From Candidatus Latescibacterota bacterium (GTDB lineage Bacteria; Latescibacterota; UBA2968), in assembly GCA_965198115.1 (NCBI GenBank), contig OZ240241.1:1088001-1152000 (forward strand): a DNA stretch of 64,000 bases. The letters run 5' to 3'. This document shows positions 49,939 through 60,522 of the stretch, one piece after another. A program made the translations under genes and the position numbers. Positions within the stretch are counted from its first letter, which is position 1; each line of letters begins with the position of its first letter. The notes beneath the pieces were generated by a model. The model was not told the DNA's origin, searched no databases, and saw only the letters and a program-made list of their open reading frames with translations.

Positions 49939-52900
49939 ATGTTCGGCGACTTCACCCGTCGTATCCGGCCCGCACACCTCGCATGGCCGCTCTTTGCTCT
50001 GCTGCTTTTTTCCCATTCCCAAGGATCGGCCCAGGTGACATTGACCGGCACCGTGGTGGATGCCGACGATGGCCTCGGATTGCCCGGAGCCAACATTGTC
50101 GTTGAGGATGCCGTGACGGGAGGCGCCATCACCGATGCGCAGGGCGCCTTCAGAGTCGACGTCGACCGCCTGCCCGCGACCTTGATCGTCAGTCATATCG
50201 GCTACGAGACGAACAGGGTGGTTGTCAGCGAAAACGTGGCCATCGAAATCATGCTGCGCGGGGTCGCTGTGGAAATGGAGGAGCTGGTTATCGTCGGCAG
50301 TCGCGCGGAGGGGCGCTCGGTCACCAAGTCGGCCGTACCGGTCGACGTCATCCGGGCTGAGGACTTCGCCCGCCAGGGCAGTATCGACCTGGCAGATCAG
50401 TTGCGGACCGTCGTCCCCTCCTTCAACATCAACATTCAGCCGATCAGCGACGCGGCGACCATCGTCCGGCCGGCGAACCTGCGCAACTTGGCGCCCGATC
50501 ACACGCTGATCCTGGTCAACGGCAAGCGCCGCCACCGCGCGGCGGTCATCGCTTGGCTCGGCAACGGTATCGCGGACGGCTCGCAGGGGCCGGATATTTC
50601 CGTCATCCCCTCGATTGCGATCCGGCAGGCCGAGGTACTGCGCGACGGCGCTGCGGCACAGTACGGCTCGGACGCCATCGCCGGCGTCATGAACTTCCAA
50701 CTCAAAAATGCCCGATCGGGCGGTAGCCTGGAGTTGCGTACAGGAGCCTACCGCGATGCGAGCCCGGGCGACACGTCAACCTGCGGGGAAGGAATCATCG
50801 GCGACATCAAGCATTCCTGTAACGGGATCGGCGGACATGGCCGCCGGTTCACGATCGCCGGCAATGTCGGGCTGCCGCTCGGTCCGAACGGGTTCGTGAA
50901 CCTCAGTATGGAGTACGGCAACGCCAGTCCGACCAGCCGCAGCATTCAGCGCAACGATGCGCAGGCCATCATCGCAGCCGGCAATACAAACCTGCGCAAC
51001 ACGGCGCAGGTCTGGGGATCGCCGGAAATCGAGGACGACCTGAAGCTGTTCGGCAACTTCGGCTACCTGTTCGACAACGGATTTCAGTTCTACGGCCACA
51101 GCAACTTCACGAGCCGCAGGGTGACCGGCGGATTCTACTTCCGCAATCCGCATACGCGCGGCGGCGTGTTCCGCGGTCACAGACTTCACCCCATCTCTCG
51201 CCTCAACGTATACAACGCCGACGGCGTGTTCACGAATTTCCCCGATCCCAAGGAGCTCGACCCCGAGGAGTCTGATCACCGCGACGCCATCGTTTACGAT
51301 GCAAACGGCCAAGTCGCGAGCCTCCCCGGGCAGGCGGGCACCCCTTCGCTCCTCGTCGGCGACCGGCGCTGGGCCGAGACCGGCGCCTACGCCGCAGGCG
51401 GCTGCGCCACGATCCCGATCGTCGGCAACGTTCCGGATGCGGCCGCCCTCAGGGCGGTCGAGGACGACCCGAACTGCTTCACGCTCTACAGCCGGTTCCC
51501 CGGCGGGTTCACGCCGCAGTTCGGCGGCGACCTCATCGACTATTCACTGGTCAGTGGCCTTCGCGGGTCCATGAGCAACGGCTTGATTTGGGATGCGAGC
51601 GTCAACATCGGCACCAGCGACGTTAAACAGTTCATCTTCGATACGGTCAACGCGTCGCTCGGCTACGACACGCCGACGTCGTTCAAGCCGGGAAGCTACC
51701 GGCAGGACGATATCAACTCCAACTTCGACGTCTCGTACCAGGTCAACGATTTCGTGCACGCCGCGGGCGGCGCGGAGTGGCGCCAGGAAAAGTTCACGAT
51801 CGGCGGGGGCGGGCGGCCGTCGTGGGAGATCGGTCCGTATGCCGCACAGGGCTTCAGTTCCGGTTCGAACGGCTTCAACGGCTACCGGGAAGACACGACG
51901 GCGGGGGACTGGAGCCGCAGCAACATTGCGGCCTACGGGGACGTCGAGTTCACCGACCCGGGCGACCGGTGGATGATCGGTACAGCCGTCCGGTTTGAAA
52001 ACTTCGAGGACTTCGGCACAACGACGAACGGCAAGGTCTCAGGGCGCGTCGGGTTGACCGACGCGGTCTCTCTTCGCGCCGCGGTCAGCAGCGGGTTCCG
52101 CGCGCCGACTCCGGGGCAACAGAACGCGTTCAACGTGACGACCGCGTTCATCGGAGGGCAGTTGACCAACAACGGCGTTGTCCCGTCCACGTCCGCGGTG
52201 GCCATCGAAAGGGGCGGCGAGCAGCTCCAGCCTGAGAAGTCGCTCAACTACAGCGCAGGCGCAGTGGTCGAGCAGGGGCCGCTCACCTTCACCGCCGACT
52301 TCTTCCGCATCGACATCGACGACCGCCTCGCCCTTTCCCAAGAAATCAAACTGACGGAAAGCGAGATCCAGACGCTGCTCGCGGAAGGGATTGCCGAGGC
52401 GCAGAATTTCCCGGTGTTCCGGTTCTTCCTGAACGACTTTTCGACGACGACCCAGGGCATCGACCTGATTTCGACCCTGGCGGTCGGGTCCACGACGTTC
52501 AGCGCGGTCTTCAACTACACGGACACGGCGATCAAAAACGTCGAAGCCGACACCGCCATCGATGAATTCCGCATCTATACGCTGGAACAGGGACTGCCGA
52601 AGACCCGGTGGAACTTGACCGTCAACCACACCGCCGCACGGTGGAGCCTGCTGGCCCGCCTGAGCTACTTCGGCGAGTTCTGGGACAGCGAGGATGCGCG
52701 GAACGCGAACGACCTGGGCGCCGTGAGCGAATCCGTTCTGTATCCGGCCTATTCCGGCAAGGCGCTGCTCGACGTCGAGCTCGGTATTCCGCTCGTCAGC
52801 GGCGCCACGCTGGCGCTCGGCGTCCAGAACGTGCTGAACACCTACCCCGAGGTGAACAAGAACGGCGCGGACACGGTGGGCAACCAGTACGGCCAGTTCT

Positions 52901-52965
52901 CGCCGTTCGGCTTCAACGGCGCCTACTACTACACCCGTCTCGGTTATTCCTTTGACAAGCCGTAG
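49939..52965 (+). CDS. TonB-dependent receptor with an N-terminal carboxypeptidase-regulatory-like domain
   Basis: Signal peptide, LTGTVVDA..LPGANI, plug motifs LILVNGKR and EVLRDGAAAQYGSDAIAGVMN, barrel end YTRLGYSF. Confidence 0.93.
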   Translation: MFGDFTRRIRPAHLAWPLFALLLFSHSQGSAQVTLTGTVVDADDGLGLPGANIVVEDAVTGGAITDAQGAFRVDVDRLPATLIVSHIGYETNRVVVSENVAIEIMLRGVAVEMEELVIVGSRAEGRSVTKSAVPVDVIRAEDFARQGSIDLADQLRTVVPSFNINIQPISDAATIVRPANLRNLAPDHTLILVNGKRRHRAAVIAWLGNGIADGSQGPDISVIPSIAIRQAEVLRDGAAAQYGSDAIAGVMNFQLKNARSGGSLELRTGAYRDASPGDTSTCGEGIIGDIKHSCNGIGGHGRRFTIAGNVGLPLGPNGFVNLSMEYGNASPTSRSIQRNDAQAIIAAGNTNLRNTAQVWGSPEIEDDLKLFGNFGYLFDNGFQFYGHSNFTSRRVTGGFYFRNPHTRGGVFRGHRLHPISRLNVYNADGVFTNFPDPKELDPEESDHRDAIVYDANGQVASLPGQAGTPSLLVGDRRWAETGAYAAGGCATIPIVGNVPDAAALRAVEDDPNCFTLYSRFPGGFTPQFGGDLIDYSLVSGLRGSMSNGLIWDASVNIGTSDVKQFIFDTVNASLGYDTPTSFKPGSYRQDDINSNFDVSYQVNDFVHAAGGAEWRQEKFTIGGGGRPSWEIGPYAAQGFSSGSNGFNGYREDTTAGDWSRSNIAAYGDVEFTDPGDRWMIGTAVRFENFEDFGTTTNGKVSGRVGLTDAVSLRAAVSSGFRAPTPGQQNAFNVTTAFIGGQLTNNGVVPSTSAVAIERGGEQLQPEKSLNYSAGAVVEQGPLTFTADFFRIDIDDRLALSQEIKLTESEIQTLLAEGIAEAQNFPVFRFFLNDFSTTTQGIDLISTLAVGSTTFSAVFNYTDTAIKNVEADTAIDEFRIYTLEQGLPKTRWNLTVNHTAARWSLLARLSYFGEFWDSEDARNANDLGAVSESVLYPAYSGKALLDVELGIPLVSGATLALGVQNVLNTYPEVNKNGADTVGNQYGQFSPFGFNGAYYYTRLGYSFDKP

Positions 52966-53128
52966 TCTCTAAACGCTACGTTGCGCTGGCGTTCGCTTGC
53001 CGAGCTGGTATCCGGCACCTGGAGGTCTCTCGGGCCGAGGTTGGCGCTCTCCACCGTGACCGCGCACGGACAGGTCGTACTCGATCTGGATGTCGCGACA
53101 GGCAACCAGGGCGTCCGTGAGCGGACTG

Positions 53129-53175
53129 CATTTTCAGGTAAGCGCCACCTTTAGGTGGCGCTTGGTTTCCAACCG
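53129..53175 (+). repeat. Internal piece of the IS200-like right end
   Basis: CATTTTCAGGTAAGCGCCACCTTTAGGTGGCGCTTGGTTTCCAACCG. Confidence 0.85.
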
Positions 53176-53458
53176 AGGTTGGAGGTCGGAACTTTGTTCA
53201 TCGAGCCGGGCAGCCCGTGGGAGAACGGATACATCGAGAGCTTCAACGGGAAGCTCAGAGACGAGCTACTCAACGGTGAGATCTTCACGACCTTGGAGGA
53301 GGCTAGGGTGTTGACCAAGTGGTGGCGCTGGCAGTACAATCACATCAGACCACACAGCTCATTGGGCTATCGCCTACCTGCACCTGAAGCGGTCACCAAA
53401 CCGCTCACCGCAGCCATATCCTAACTCTGGATGTGGACACATAGATGGGGGCAGGTCA
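53176..53458 (+). mobile_element. IS3-family 3' remnant with right IR
   Basis: FIEPGSPWENGYIESFNGKLRDELLN..YNHIRPHSSLG; ends GGGGGCAGGTCA. Confidence 0.88.
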
Positions 53459-53654
53459 CTCATCGTTCGCAATCCCGACGATGACCTCGATGCGATCCCG
53501 GCGGTGCGTGAGCGGAATATCGGACAAGTCAACGCGGAATTCGGCCAAGGCCCGGGCTTTTTCGGCCAGAAACGCATCATCTTTGAACCAATTGTAGATC
53601 GTGGCCCGAGTAACACCACATTTTTGGGCCATAACTTTCGTGTCCTGGCCCGCG
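53459..53654 (-). pseudogene. Phage-like HTH protein fragment
   Basis: MAQKCGVTRATIYNWFKDDAF, cut by IS ends on both sides. Confidence 0.5.
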
Positions 53655-53762
53655 CAGCTCAACATCTTCAGATAATCGCCACCTTTAGGTGGCGCTTGGT
53701 TTCCAACCGCTTTGAGCGGTTCACAAGTTTTCAAGCCTCCGGCTTTGCCGGAGGTCATGACT
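53655..53762 (+). repeat. Solo right end of the IS200-like element, abutting the last codons of ispH
   Basis: Matches 40797-40904 with two substitutions. Confidence 0.9.
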
Positions 53763-54345
53763 GAACCAGTCCCTGAGGGAGTGCGAAATGGACGTTCTCG
53801 TCCTCAAGAACCAGTCCCTCTACCTGAACAGATGGTGACAGCTTCAGGTGGTCAACGACGCGCAGAACAATTTCCTCTGGAGCCGAAGCCCCGGCGGTCA
53901 CGCCCACGACCTCAGCATGGCTCAACCACTCCGGCTGGATCTCAGTTTCATCGTTAATGAGATAAGCGGAACCGTCAACCGTTTGAATGACTTCTGTCAG
54001 TCGCTGCGAGTTGGAGCTGTTGCATGATCCAACAACCAAGATGAGATCTGCCTTCTTTGCTAATTGTTTTACGGCATTCTGGCGGTTTTGCGTTGCGTAG
54101 CAGATATCGTCTTTTTTGGGTGACGTCATCTGAGGGAACCGCATTCGTAAGGCCTCAACGATTTGAGCAGTGTCGTCCAGACTGAGGGTAGTCTGGGTCA
54201 GATAGACGACCTTGTCAGGATTGGAGACTTCCAGGTTTTCGGCATCCTGGACGGAACCGACGAGCTGCATAGGCGCTTCGCCCATTGTCCCGTCTACTTC
54301 CTCGTGGCCGAGGTGGCCAATTAAAACCACTGAGTAACCCGTGAC
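53755..54345 (-). pseudogene. ispH: 4-hydroxy-3-methylbut-2-enyl diphosphate reductase, 5'-truncated
   Basis: IGHLGHEEVDG, TQTTLS, DICYATQNRQ, SSNSQRL, TAGASAP; the N-terminal third is missing. Confidence 0.9.
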
Positions 54346-54380
54346 ACGGGATCGCAACCCGAGTATAGTCTATCTGTGCA

Positions 54381-55550
54381 ATGAAGAAGCTCCTTGCGGG
54401 CACGAGGAAGAGCGCGCCCGCGATTGCGATGATGACGCCCACCTCGAACGGGTCGACGAACGGTGACGCGGCGTTCCAGGCGGAGATGCTGCAAGGCGTC
54501 GCCCGCAGCTTCGCCCTCACGATTGCACTTCCGGACCCGTTGCGCGACGTGGTGGGCAATGTCTATCTCTTGTGCCGCATCGCGGATACATCGAGGACGA
54601 GCCTGCGCTGTCGCTGCGGCAGAAACGGGCATTCTCGGAGCGCTGGGTCGAGGGTCGGGTCGCCGCGGACCCTTTCGCGCGAGAGCTCGGCGCGTGCCTG
54701 TCATCGTCGACTACCGAAGCCGAGCGCGGTCTGGTCGTCGACGCCGCTCGGGTCGTGGACATCACCCACGGGTTTCGAGCCCGCCAGCGGCGCGCACTTG
54801 AGCGCTGCCTGCGGATCATGACGCGCGGCATGGTCGAGTTCCAGCAGCAGGCAACCCTCACCGGCCTGCAGAACCTGCCCCACCTGGATCGCTATTGCTA
54901 CCACGTCGCCGGCGTGGTCGGCGAGACGCTTACCGAGCTGTTCTGCGACTACTCCGCCGAGATTGACAGGCGTCGCGAGCAATTGCTGGCGCTGTCGGCG
55001 TCCTTTGGCCAGGGCCTGCAGATGACCAATATTCTCAAGGATATCTGGGGCGATCTGCGCCGCGGGGCGTGCTGGCTGCCGCGGAACGTCTTCCGCGCCA
55101 CTGGCTTCGGCCTGCGCACGCTCTCCCCCGGAGAGGCCGACCCGGGCTTCGTCGCAGGTCTGACGGAGCTCGTGGCGGTTACACGCCACCATCTCGCGGA
55201 GGCACTACGGTTCATCCTGCTGATTCCCGCCCCGCGAGACCGGTGTCCGTCGGCACCTGCTGTGGACGCTGTGGCTCTCCGTACTGACGTTGCGACGCCT
55301 CCACACGACGCCCTCGTTCCGCAACGGTCAGGAGGTAAAGCTGTCGCAGTCGAGCATACGGTCGGTCATCCTCCTGACCAGCCCTGACTTGGTCGGACAC
55401 CGCCCTGAGGCTCCTTTTCGGGGCGACGACCCGCGGCCTGCCCCCCGCCGAGTCGCCACGTGCGTGAGCTGGCCGAGATGTGCCGAAGACTCCGTCGCTC
55501 CCGCCGTTCTCATGCAGCGACGTGCTCTCAGCGCGGAGCACGGTGATTAG
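54381..55550 (+). pseudogene. Squalene/phytoene synthase family gene with frameshifts (~54590, ~55230)
   Basis: VARSFALTI, YLLCRIADT/IED, YCYHVAGVVG, GQGLQMTNILKDI. Confidence 0.85.
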
Positions 55551-56839
55551 AAGTTGTAGCTCAAACTGACATCAAAGAAGCTGTCGTGTCGCATGTTGTA
55601 GTGAAGATCCGCTTCGTCTACGCCGAGAAGACCGACCGCTTCCGCCCGGAGGGACCATCGGTTCGAGATGCGCCGCCCGAATTCGACAGACAGCGTGCGT
55701 GTGGCTCGCCGCGCGTCAACCACCACGCCGACGGTAAGCTCAGTGCTCTGGATATCGTTGAACGCAATGCGCGCGGCAAAGAAAATGTCGTTCTCGAGGG
55801 GGACGGGCGAACGGCTCGGTGTCGCGTTCGGGCCGCGGCTGTCGTAGCTCCACTCTCCCACCAGACTGAGGTCGGCGTCGTCGCCCGCGACCGCATAAAG
55901 CGTGTGCTCCGCACCGAGCACAGTCGCGCCGTAGGCCTGCTCCCGTCCGATGAGATTGAGCGCGCCCGCGCGTTGAATCGCCTCCGCCTTGAGCAGCCAT
56001 GACCCGACCGTCAACTGGGCGTCCAGGCCGAACTGGCGGATCTGCCCGTAGTACTGAATCAGGGCCGGCTCGCCATCGACCTCGCCGCCCGGCAGCAGAA
56101 ACGGCTCCCGGCTGGTGCCGTCGAATATGCTGACGCCAAGATCGAGAGGGCCCAGGCTGTGACTGTATCGTGACGCGAAATCGAGATGCCATTGCCCGGC
56201 CGAGCTCTCATACTGGACGTTGTCGTGGTCGATGACGAGCGGCAGGCGGAGGCGCCCGCGCCTCCCCGGAAAGGTGCGTGCGCGGTGGTAGGACATTCCA
56301 AGCACTTCAATCGTACCCCAGTCCCCGAACCAGGTGACGTGCGCCATGGGTTGCCCCAGCTTGACTTCTCCGTTCGGATGCTCGACGAAATCTACCTGAT
56401 TGACCACGTCCACCAGACGCTGCGATTCGGTGACGCCCCAGGACACTTGGCCTAAGCCCAAACGCACCTCCCAGCCGCCGTCGCCAGCATCCCCGAAGAG
56501 CAGCAGATAGGTTTCCCGAAGATCGAAGTGGGTGCGCCGCGGATCCGCATGGTCGTAGCGAAAGAACGGCGTCAGCGTGAAGCTCCGGCCGTCGGCATTC
56601 TCCACGTGGAGTGTAGGCTCGGCGACGAAGCCGCTCGCCAGCGAGCGCTGGCCGGAGAAGGAGGTCTCGGCGGGAAACGCGCGGCTCTCAGCGCTCAGGC
56701 GCCCCGAAAGCTCGACCTTTATTTGCGGCGCCTCAGCTTCATTGTCGCCCTCGCCGGGCCGGGCCGCGACGGTTGACATGGAAGCCGCTATCCAGGTCGC
56801 GCCGAACGCTACGCGACCAAGTGCGGCTCCGAATCGCAT
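55547..56839 (-). CDS. Predicted outer-membrane beta-barrel protein
   Basis: Signal-like N-terminus, amphipathic beta strands, DLRETY..LGQVSWG, terminal LSYNF; coupled to the upstream gene. Confidence 0.75.
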   Translation of the reverse strand: MRFGAALGRVAFGATWIAASMSTVAARPGEGDNEAEAPQIKVELSGRLSAESRAFPAETSFSGQRSLASGFVAEPTLHVENADGRSFTLTPFFRYDHADPRRTHFDLRETYLLLFGDAGDGGWEVRLGLGQVSWGVTESQRLVDVVNQVDFVEHPNGEVKLGQPMAHVTWFGDWGTIEVLGMSYHRARTFPGRRGRLRLPLVIDHDNVQYESSAGQWHLDFASRYSHSLGPLDLGVSIFDGTSREPFLLPGGEVDGEPALIQYYGQIRQFGLDAQLTVGSWLLKAEAIQRAGALNLIGREQAYGATVLGAEHTLYAVAGDDADLSLVGEWSYDSRGPNATPSRSPVPLENDIFFAARIAFNDIQSTELTVGVVVDARRATRTLSVEFGRRISNRWSLRAEAVGLLGVDEADLHYNMRHDSFFDVSLSYNF

Positions 56840-57663
56840 CACCGAGCCCTTCGCAGGCTCGTTTGTGTGAAATCGCTTTCTTTGAGGCCGGTTCCGAATC
56901 GGTAATCGGCCCAGGTCATCACCGTGCTCTTGCCGGTCAGGTGATTCTCCATCGTCATCTGGCCCGGTCGCCAATACCGCTCCAGGGACCGCGTGTAGTC
57001 CGTGAGAGTGAGCGTCTTCAGGTGGTCATCCTTGCGGTCGTAGTACTCGATCTTCCGGATGCGAAGCTCGTCCCGGTCGTGCCAGACCAGTTGGCGGCGA
57101 TAGTTCGACCTCCTGACCTTCGGAACGCGTTCCGTGACAGTGCACGTCGAGGTGCCGCACGGCTCCTCTCGTAGGAATCGATAGGTGAACTTCTCCACTT
57201 CCGGAGAAGTCAGGTCCTCGTATGCGAACTCGCTGCCCATGAACGATCCGGACCGGTTCGCCGAGCTGATGCGCTTCACGCGTCTCAGCGCCGGCAGATA
57301 AATCCACTGATCGTCAGCGTCTTCACGGTGAGCGTGAACCAGAAACGCGGTGCCGCGAACGTCACGGGGATCATCGAAAACGAACAGGCTCCTGTCCCCG
57401 TCGTCGGGCACCTCGAGAACCTGCACATGGAGTTCGCGACGGCTCTCCTGCCCCCGCCCGTTGCGCAGCACCATGACCTGCCGGGCGGTGAAGTCGCTGA
57501 AGCCTCTCTGCCGAGCCCGAGCGTCCTGCGCGATCGCCCGGCCGATCTCCTCCGGAGTGTCGTTCTCCGCGTGCGCCCGCTCCGTCCCGCCGATCCACGC
57601 TACGATCGCCAGGCACAGCGTGAAGAGCAGGAAAATCGGTCGCGCGTCGCTGTATAAAGTCAT
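56839..57663 (-). CDS. LolA-like outer membrane lipoprotein-sorting protein
   Basis: PRDVRGTAFL..DDQWIYLPALRRVKRI..SFMGSEFAYED..YYDRK..LKTL. Confidence 0.88.
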   Translation of the reverse strand: MTLYSDARPIFLLFTLCLAIVAWIGGTERAHAENDTPEEIGRAIAQDARARQRGFSDFTARQVMVLRNGRGQESRRELHVQVLEVPDDGDRSLFVFDDPRDVRGTAFLVHAHREDADDQWIYLPALRRVKRISSANRSGSFMGSEFAYEDLTSPEVEKFTYRFLREEPCGTSTCTVTERVPKVRRSNYRRQLVWHDRDELRIRKIEYYDRKDDHLKTLTLTDYTRSLERYWRPGQMTMENHLTGKSTVMTWADYRFGTGLKESDFTQTSLRRAR

Positions 57664-58116
57664 CAACAAGCCTCCAGATTATCGCTGAACTGTCGCCGGT
57701 AAGCCGGCGAATGTAAGCCGCCGGCCCAGCTCCGCCCCTCGCGCCCCGCCCGCGCAACGCATCCACCGATGTCGAGCGTACCTTACGCACACGCACCAAC
57801 CGCTGTCAACCATGCACCAATCTTCCCCACGAAACCGACCGTGTTCCGGGCGCCGGCCCGGAATCCGCTGTGGTGTTGTCTCTTGCCGCGTCGGCGGTCG
57901 AAGCCTGCGGGCCGGAGCGAGTTGCAATTCGAGCAGGATGCGAAGAGGGGAATGAAGCTGCGGCCGATCTGCCGAGCAGTTCCGGCCACCCTGCGAGACC
58001 AAGAGACTGCGGCTACCGCGCGTGGACCCGTTCGTTGACCTCGTTCTGCGCTACAGATGGCTTTACCCCCGCTAAACGAATACCACGAAACTTTGCCTTG
58101 ACGGAACATGTGCTGT

Positions 58117-60420
58117 TCATGGTCTCCTCCGGTCGATGGCCATCAACAAAGGCGGGAGGAGTAGGAAATCGGCGAAGAGTGCGAAGATGAGCGTGATCGC
58201 AACCAGAAGGCCGAGCGCCCAACTGACCTCGAATCCCGATGCAGCGAACACTAGAAAGCCCAACGACAAGACCACCGTCGTGGTCCATAGTGCTTGACCT
58301 ACGGTGCGAAAGGCGGAGCGAACGGACTCGGGCGCCGGGAGGCCCTCGCGGCGGGCTTTCTGATATTTGCTCAGAAAATGAATGGTATCATCCACGATAA
58401 TACCAAAGGCGACGACGGTGACCACCGAGGAGGCAATACCCACACGGCCGACCAGATAGCCCCACAGACCGAAGCTCATGGCCGCGGGGATAAAATTGGG
58501 CAAAAGGCTGATGAGGCCAAGGCGTATGCTTTTGAAAACCCCGATCAGAATGAGCGAAATGAGGACCATAGCGATGATCGTGCCACGCAGAAGGCTGTCG
58601 ATGTTTCGTTGGGAAATGTGAGCGAAGATCATACTGATACCCGATGCCGCGGTCGCCAGGTTGGGCGCATTGGCGAGGAGCCAAGCCTGCGCGCGCGCAT
58701 CCAGCTCGCGCTGTTTCCGAGCCGACGAACTGCGGACCACGGCGGTCATGCGCGTAGCCGACTTGGCGACGTCAATGCGGTTGTTGAGGTCACTTCCGAA
58801 CGGAAGCGAAAGCTCGTAAAGCAACAGATATTGCGCAGCGAGCTCTGGATCGGCAGGTAAGCGATAGAAGGCTGGGTCGTCGCCGTGCATGTTCTTGTTC
58901 AGACGTTTCATGATGTCCGAAAAGGCTTGCACATGGGTTACTTCGGGCTGCCCCCGGTACCATTCGGCGAAATCATCGACTGCGCGCAGATAATCGGGAT
59001 CGGCGATGCCGCCTTCTCTCCCCGCTTTCAGCGAGTATTCCAGCGCATTCAAGCCGGTCAGGTTTTCGATGACGAAGTTCGTATCGCGCCGGAACTGGTA
59101 ACGCTCATCGAAATACCGTGTCCAGTTGTCGCTCAGTTCATTGCGAGGAATGCCCATGACCAGAGCGCCTGCCAGAAGGGCGGCAGACCAAAACAGGAAT
59201 GTGCGGCGTGCGATGACGAAGGTAGCGAAACGGTCGAAGAAAACAGGCGGTCCAGCACGGACCAGAGGCGCGCGCAATGGCAGGATCGAAAGCAACGCCG
59301 GCAGGAGAGTCATGGAATAGACGAAGGCGCATGACACGCCAAACGCCACGAGATTGCCCAGGACGTGAAAAGGCGGCGAATCCGAGGCATTCAGGCTGAG
59401 AAACCCGATCGCCGTCGTGAGCGAGGTGAGGAATACCGGATAGGCATTACTGCGAAGAGATTCCGCAATCGCCGCATTCCTGTCCAGGCCATTCCTCATA
59501 CCCAGCAAAGTAGCCGCGACAATGTGGACGGAATGCGCGACGGCGATCGCCATGACGATGAGCGGTACGCCGGCATTGGTGGGGCTGAACGCCGTGCCGA
59601 TCCAGCCGGCGAACCCCATAGTGGTGTTGATGACGAACACAAGCACGACAACGATGGACAGGGTGCCGAATACTGAGCGCAGGAGAAAGGCCGCGGCGGC
59701 TACGATGATGAAAAACATGATCGGTGCGAGGGTCCGAATATCGTCCTGGGTGGCGTCGGCGAAGGCGCGGTTCATGACAACGTCGCCGGTCAGGTAAAAG
59801 CCGATGTCCGGATGGTCCGTTCGCGCCTGATCCAGGAGGGCGTTGAAATAATCGGTAATCTCGATCACCGCGGCGTCCAGATTTTCGGGCAGGACAAAAT
59901 TGATCGCCAACCCGCCCACGCGTCCGTCATGGGAAACCATCCGCCCGGCAAGATCGGGCGCGCTCAGCGCGACCCTCTCGATTCGCGCCAGATTGGCATC
60001 GCTCAGCGACTGGGCGTCTTCGACCAGCGGTTCGACGATCAAATCGTCCCCGAACGCCTCGCTATGGGAATAGTTGGTGAGGGCGTCAACTCGACTGGAA
60101 TAAGGCGCGCGCCACGCGGCTTCGGTCAGTTCCTCAATGGTGCCAAGCGTCTCGCGGGTAAACACCGAACCCTCCCGCGGCGCGATGGCAATCAGTACTG
60201 TATTGGACGCGGAGTAAGTGTTCTCCAAGGAGTCGAAAGCGGCAAGTTGCGGATTGTCTTCACCGAACAGAATACGGTAATCGTTCGTAACGACGATGAA
60301 GCGGGCACCCCCCGTCATGACCAGCATGAGCAGCGTTGCGAGCGAAGCGACCAGCCACCGACGGCGCAGAATGGCGGCAACGTAGCGGTTCAGTACAGGA
60401 GTCATGGCCTTGGCCATCAC
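58117..60420 (-). CDS. MMPL/RND-family lipid transporter
   Basis: Two TM bundles; LTSLTTAIGFLSL and GIIVDDTIHF. Confidence 0.92.
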   Translation of the reverse strand: MMAKAMTPVLNRYVAAILRRRWLVASLATLLMLVMTGGARFIVVTNDYRILFGEDNPQLAAFDSLENTYSASNTVLIAIAPREGSVFTRETLGTIEELTEAAWRAPYSSRVDALTNYSHSEAFGDDLIVEPLVEDAQSLSDANLARIERVALSAPDLAGRMVSHDGRVGGLAINFVLPENLDAAVIEITDYFNALLDQARTDHPDIGFYLTGDVVMNRAFADATQDDIRTLAPIMFFIIVAAAAFLLRSVFGTLSIVVVLVFVINTTMGFAGWIGTAFSPTNAGVPLIVMAIAVAHSVHIVAATLLGMRNGLDRNAAIAESLRSNAYPVFLTSLTTAIGFLSLNASDSPPFHVLGNLVAFGVSCAFVYSMTLLPALLSILPLRAPLVRAGPPVFFDRFATFVIARRTFLFWSAALLAGALVMGIPRNELSDNWTRYFDERYQFRRDTNFVIENLTGLNALEYSLKAGREGGIADPDYLRAVDDFAEWYRGQPEVTHVQAFSDIMKRLNKNMHGDDPAFYRLPADPELAAQYLLLYELSLPFGSDLNNRIDVAKSATRMTAVVRSSSARKQRELDARAQAWLLANAPNLATAASGISMIFAHISQRNIDSLLRGTIIAMVLISLILIGVFKSIRLGLISLLPNFIPAAMSFGLWGYLVGRVGIASSVVTVVAFGIIVDDTIHFLSKYQKARREGLPAPESVRSAFRTVGQALWTTTVVLSLGFLVFAASGFEVSWALGLLVAITLIFALFADFLLLPPLLMAIDRRRP

Positions 60421-60522
60421 CGACTGCGAACGGCGAAGAACTCACCGACTCGAATGAACGGCGCGATCGACACAGCCAACTGTAGATAACTTCGTTGCAT
60501 CTGGCTAACTCCCTGTTCTCTT

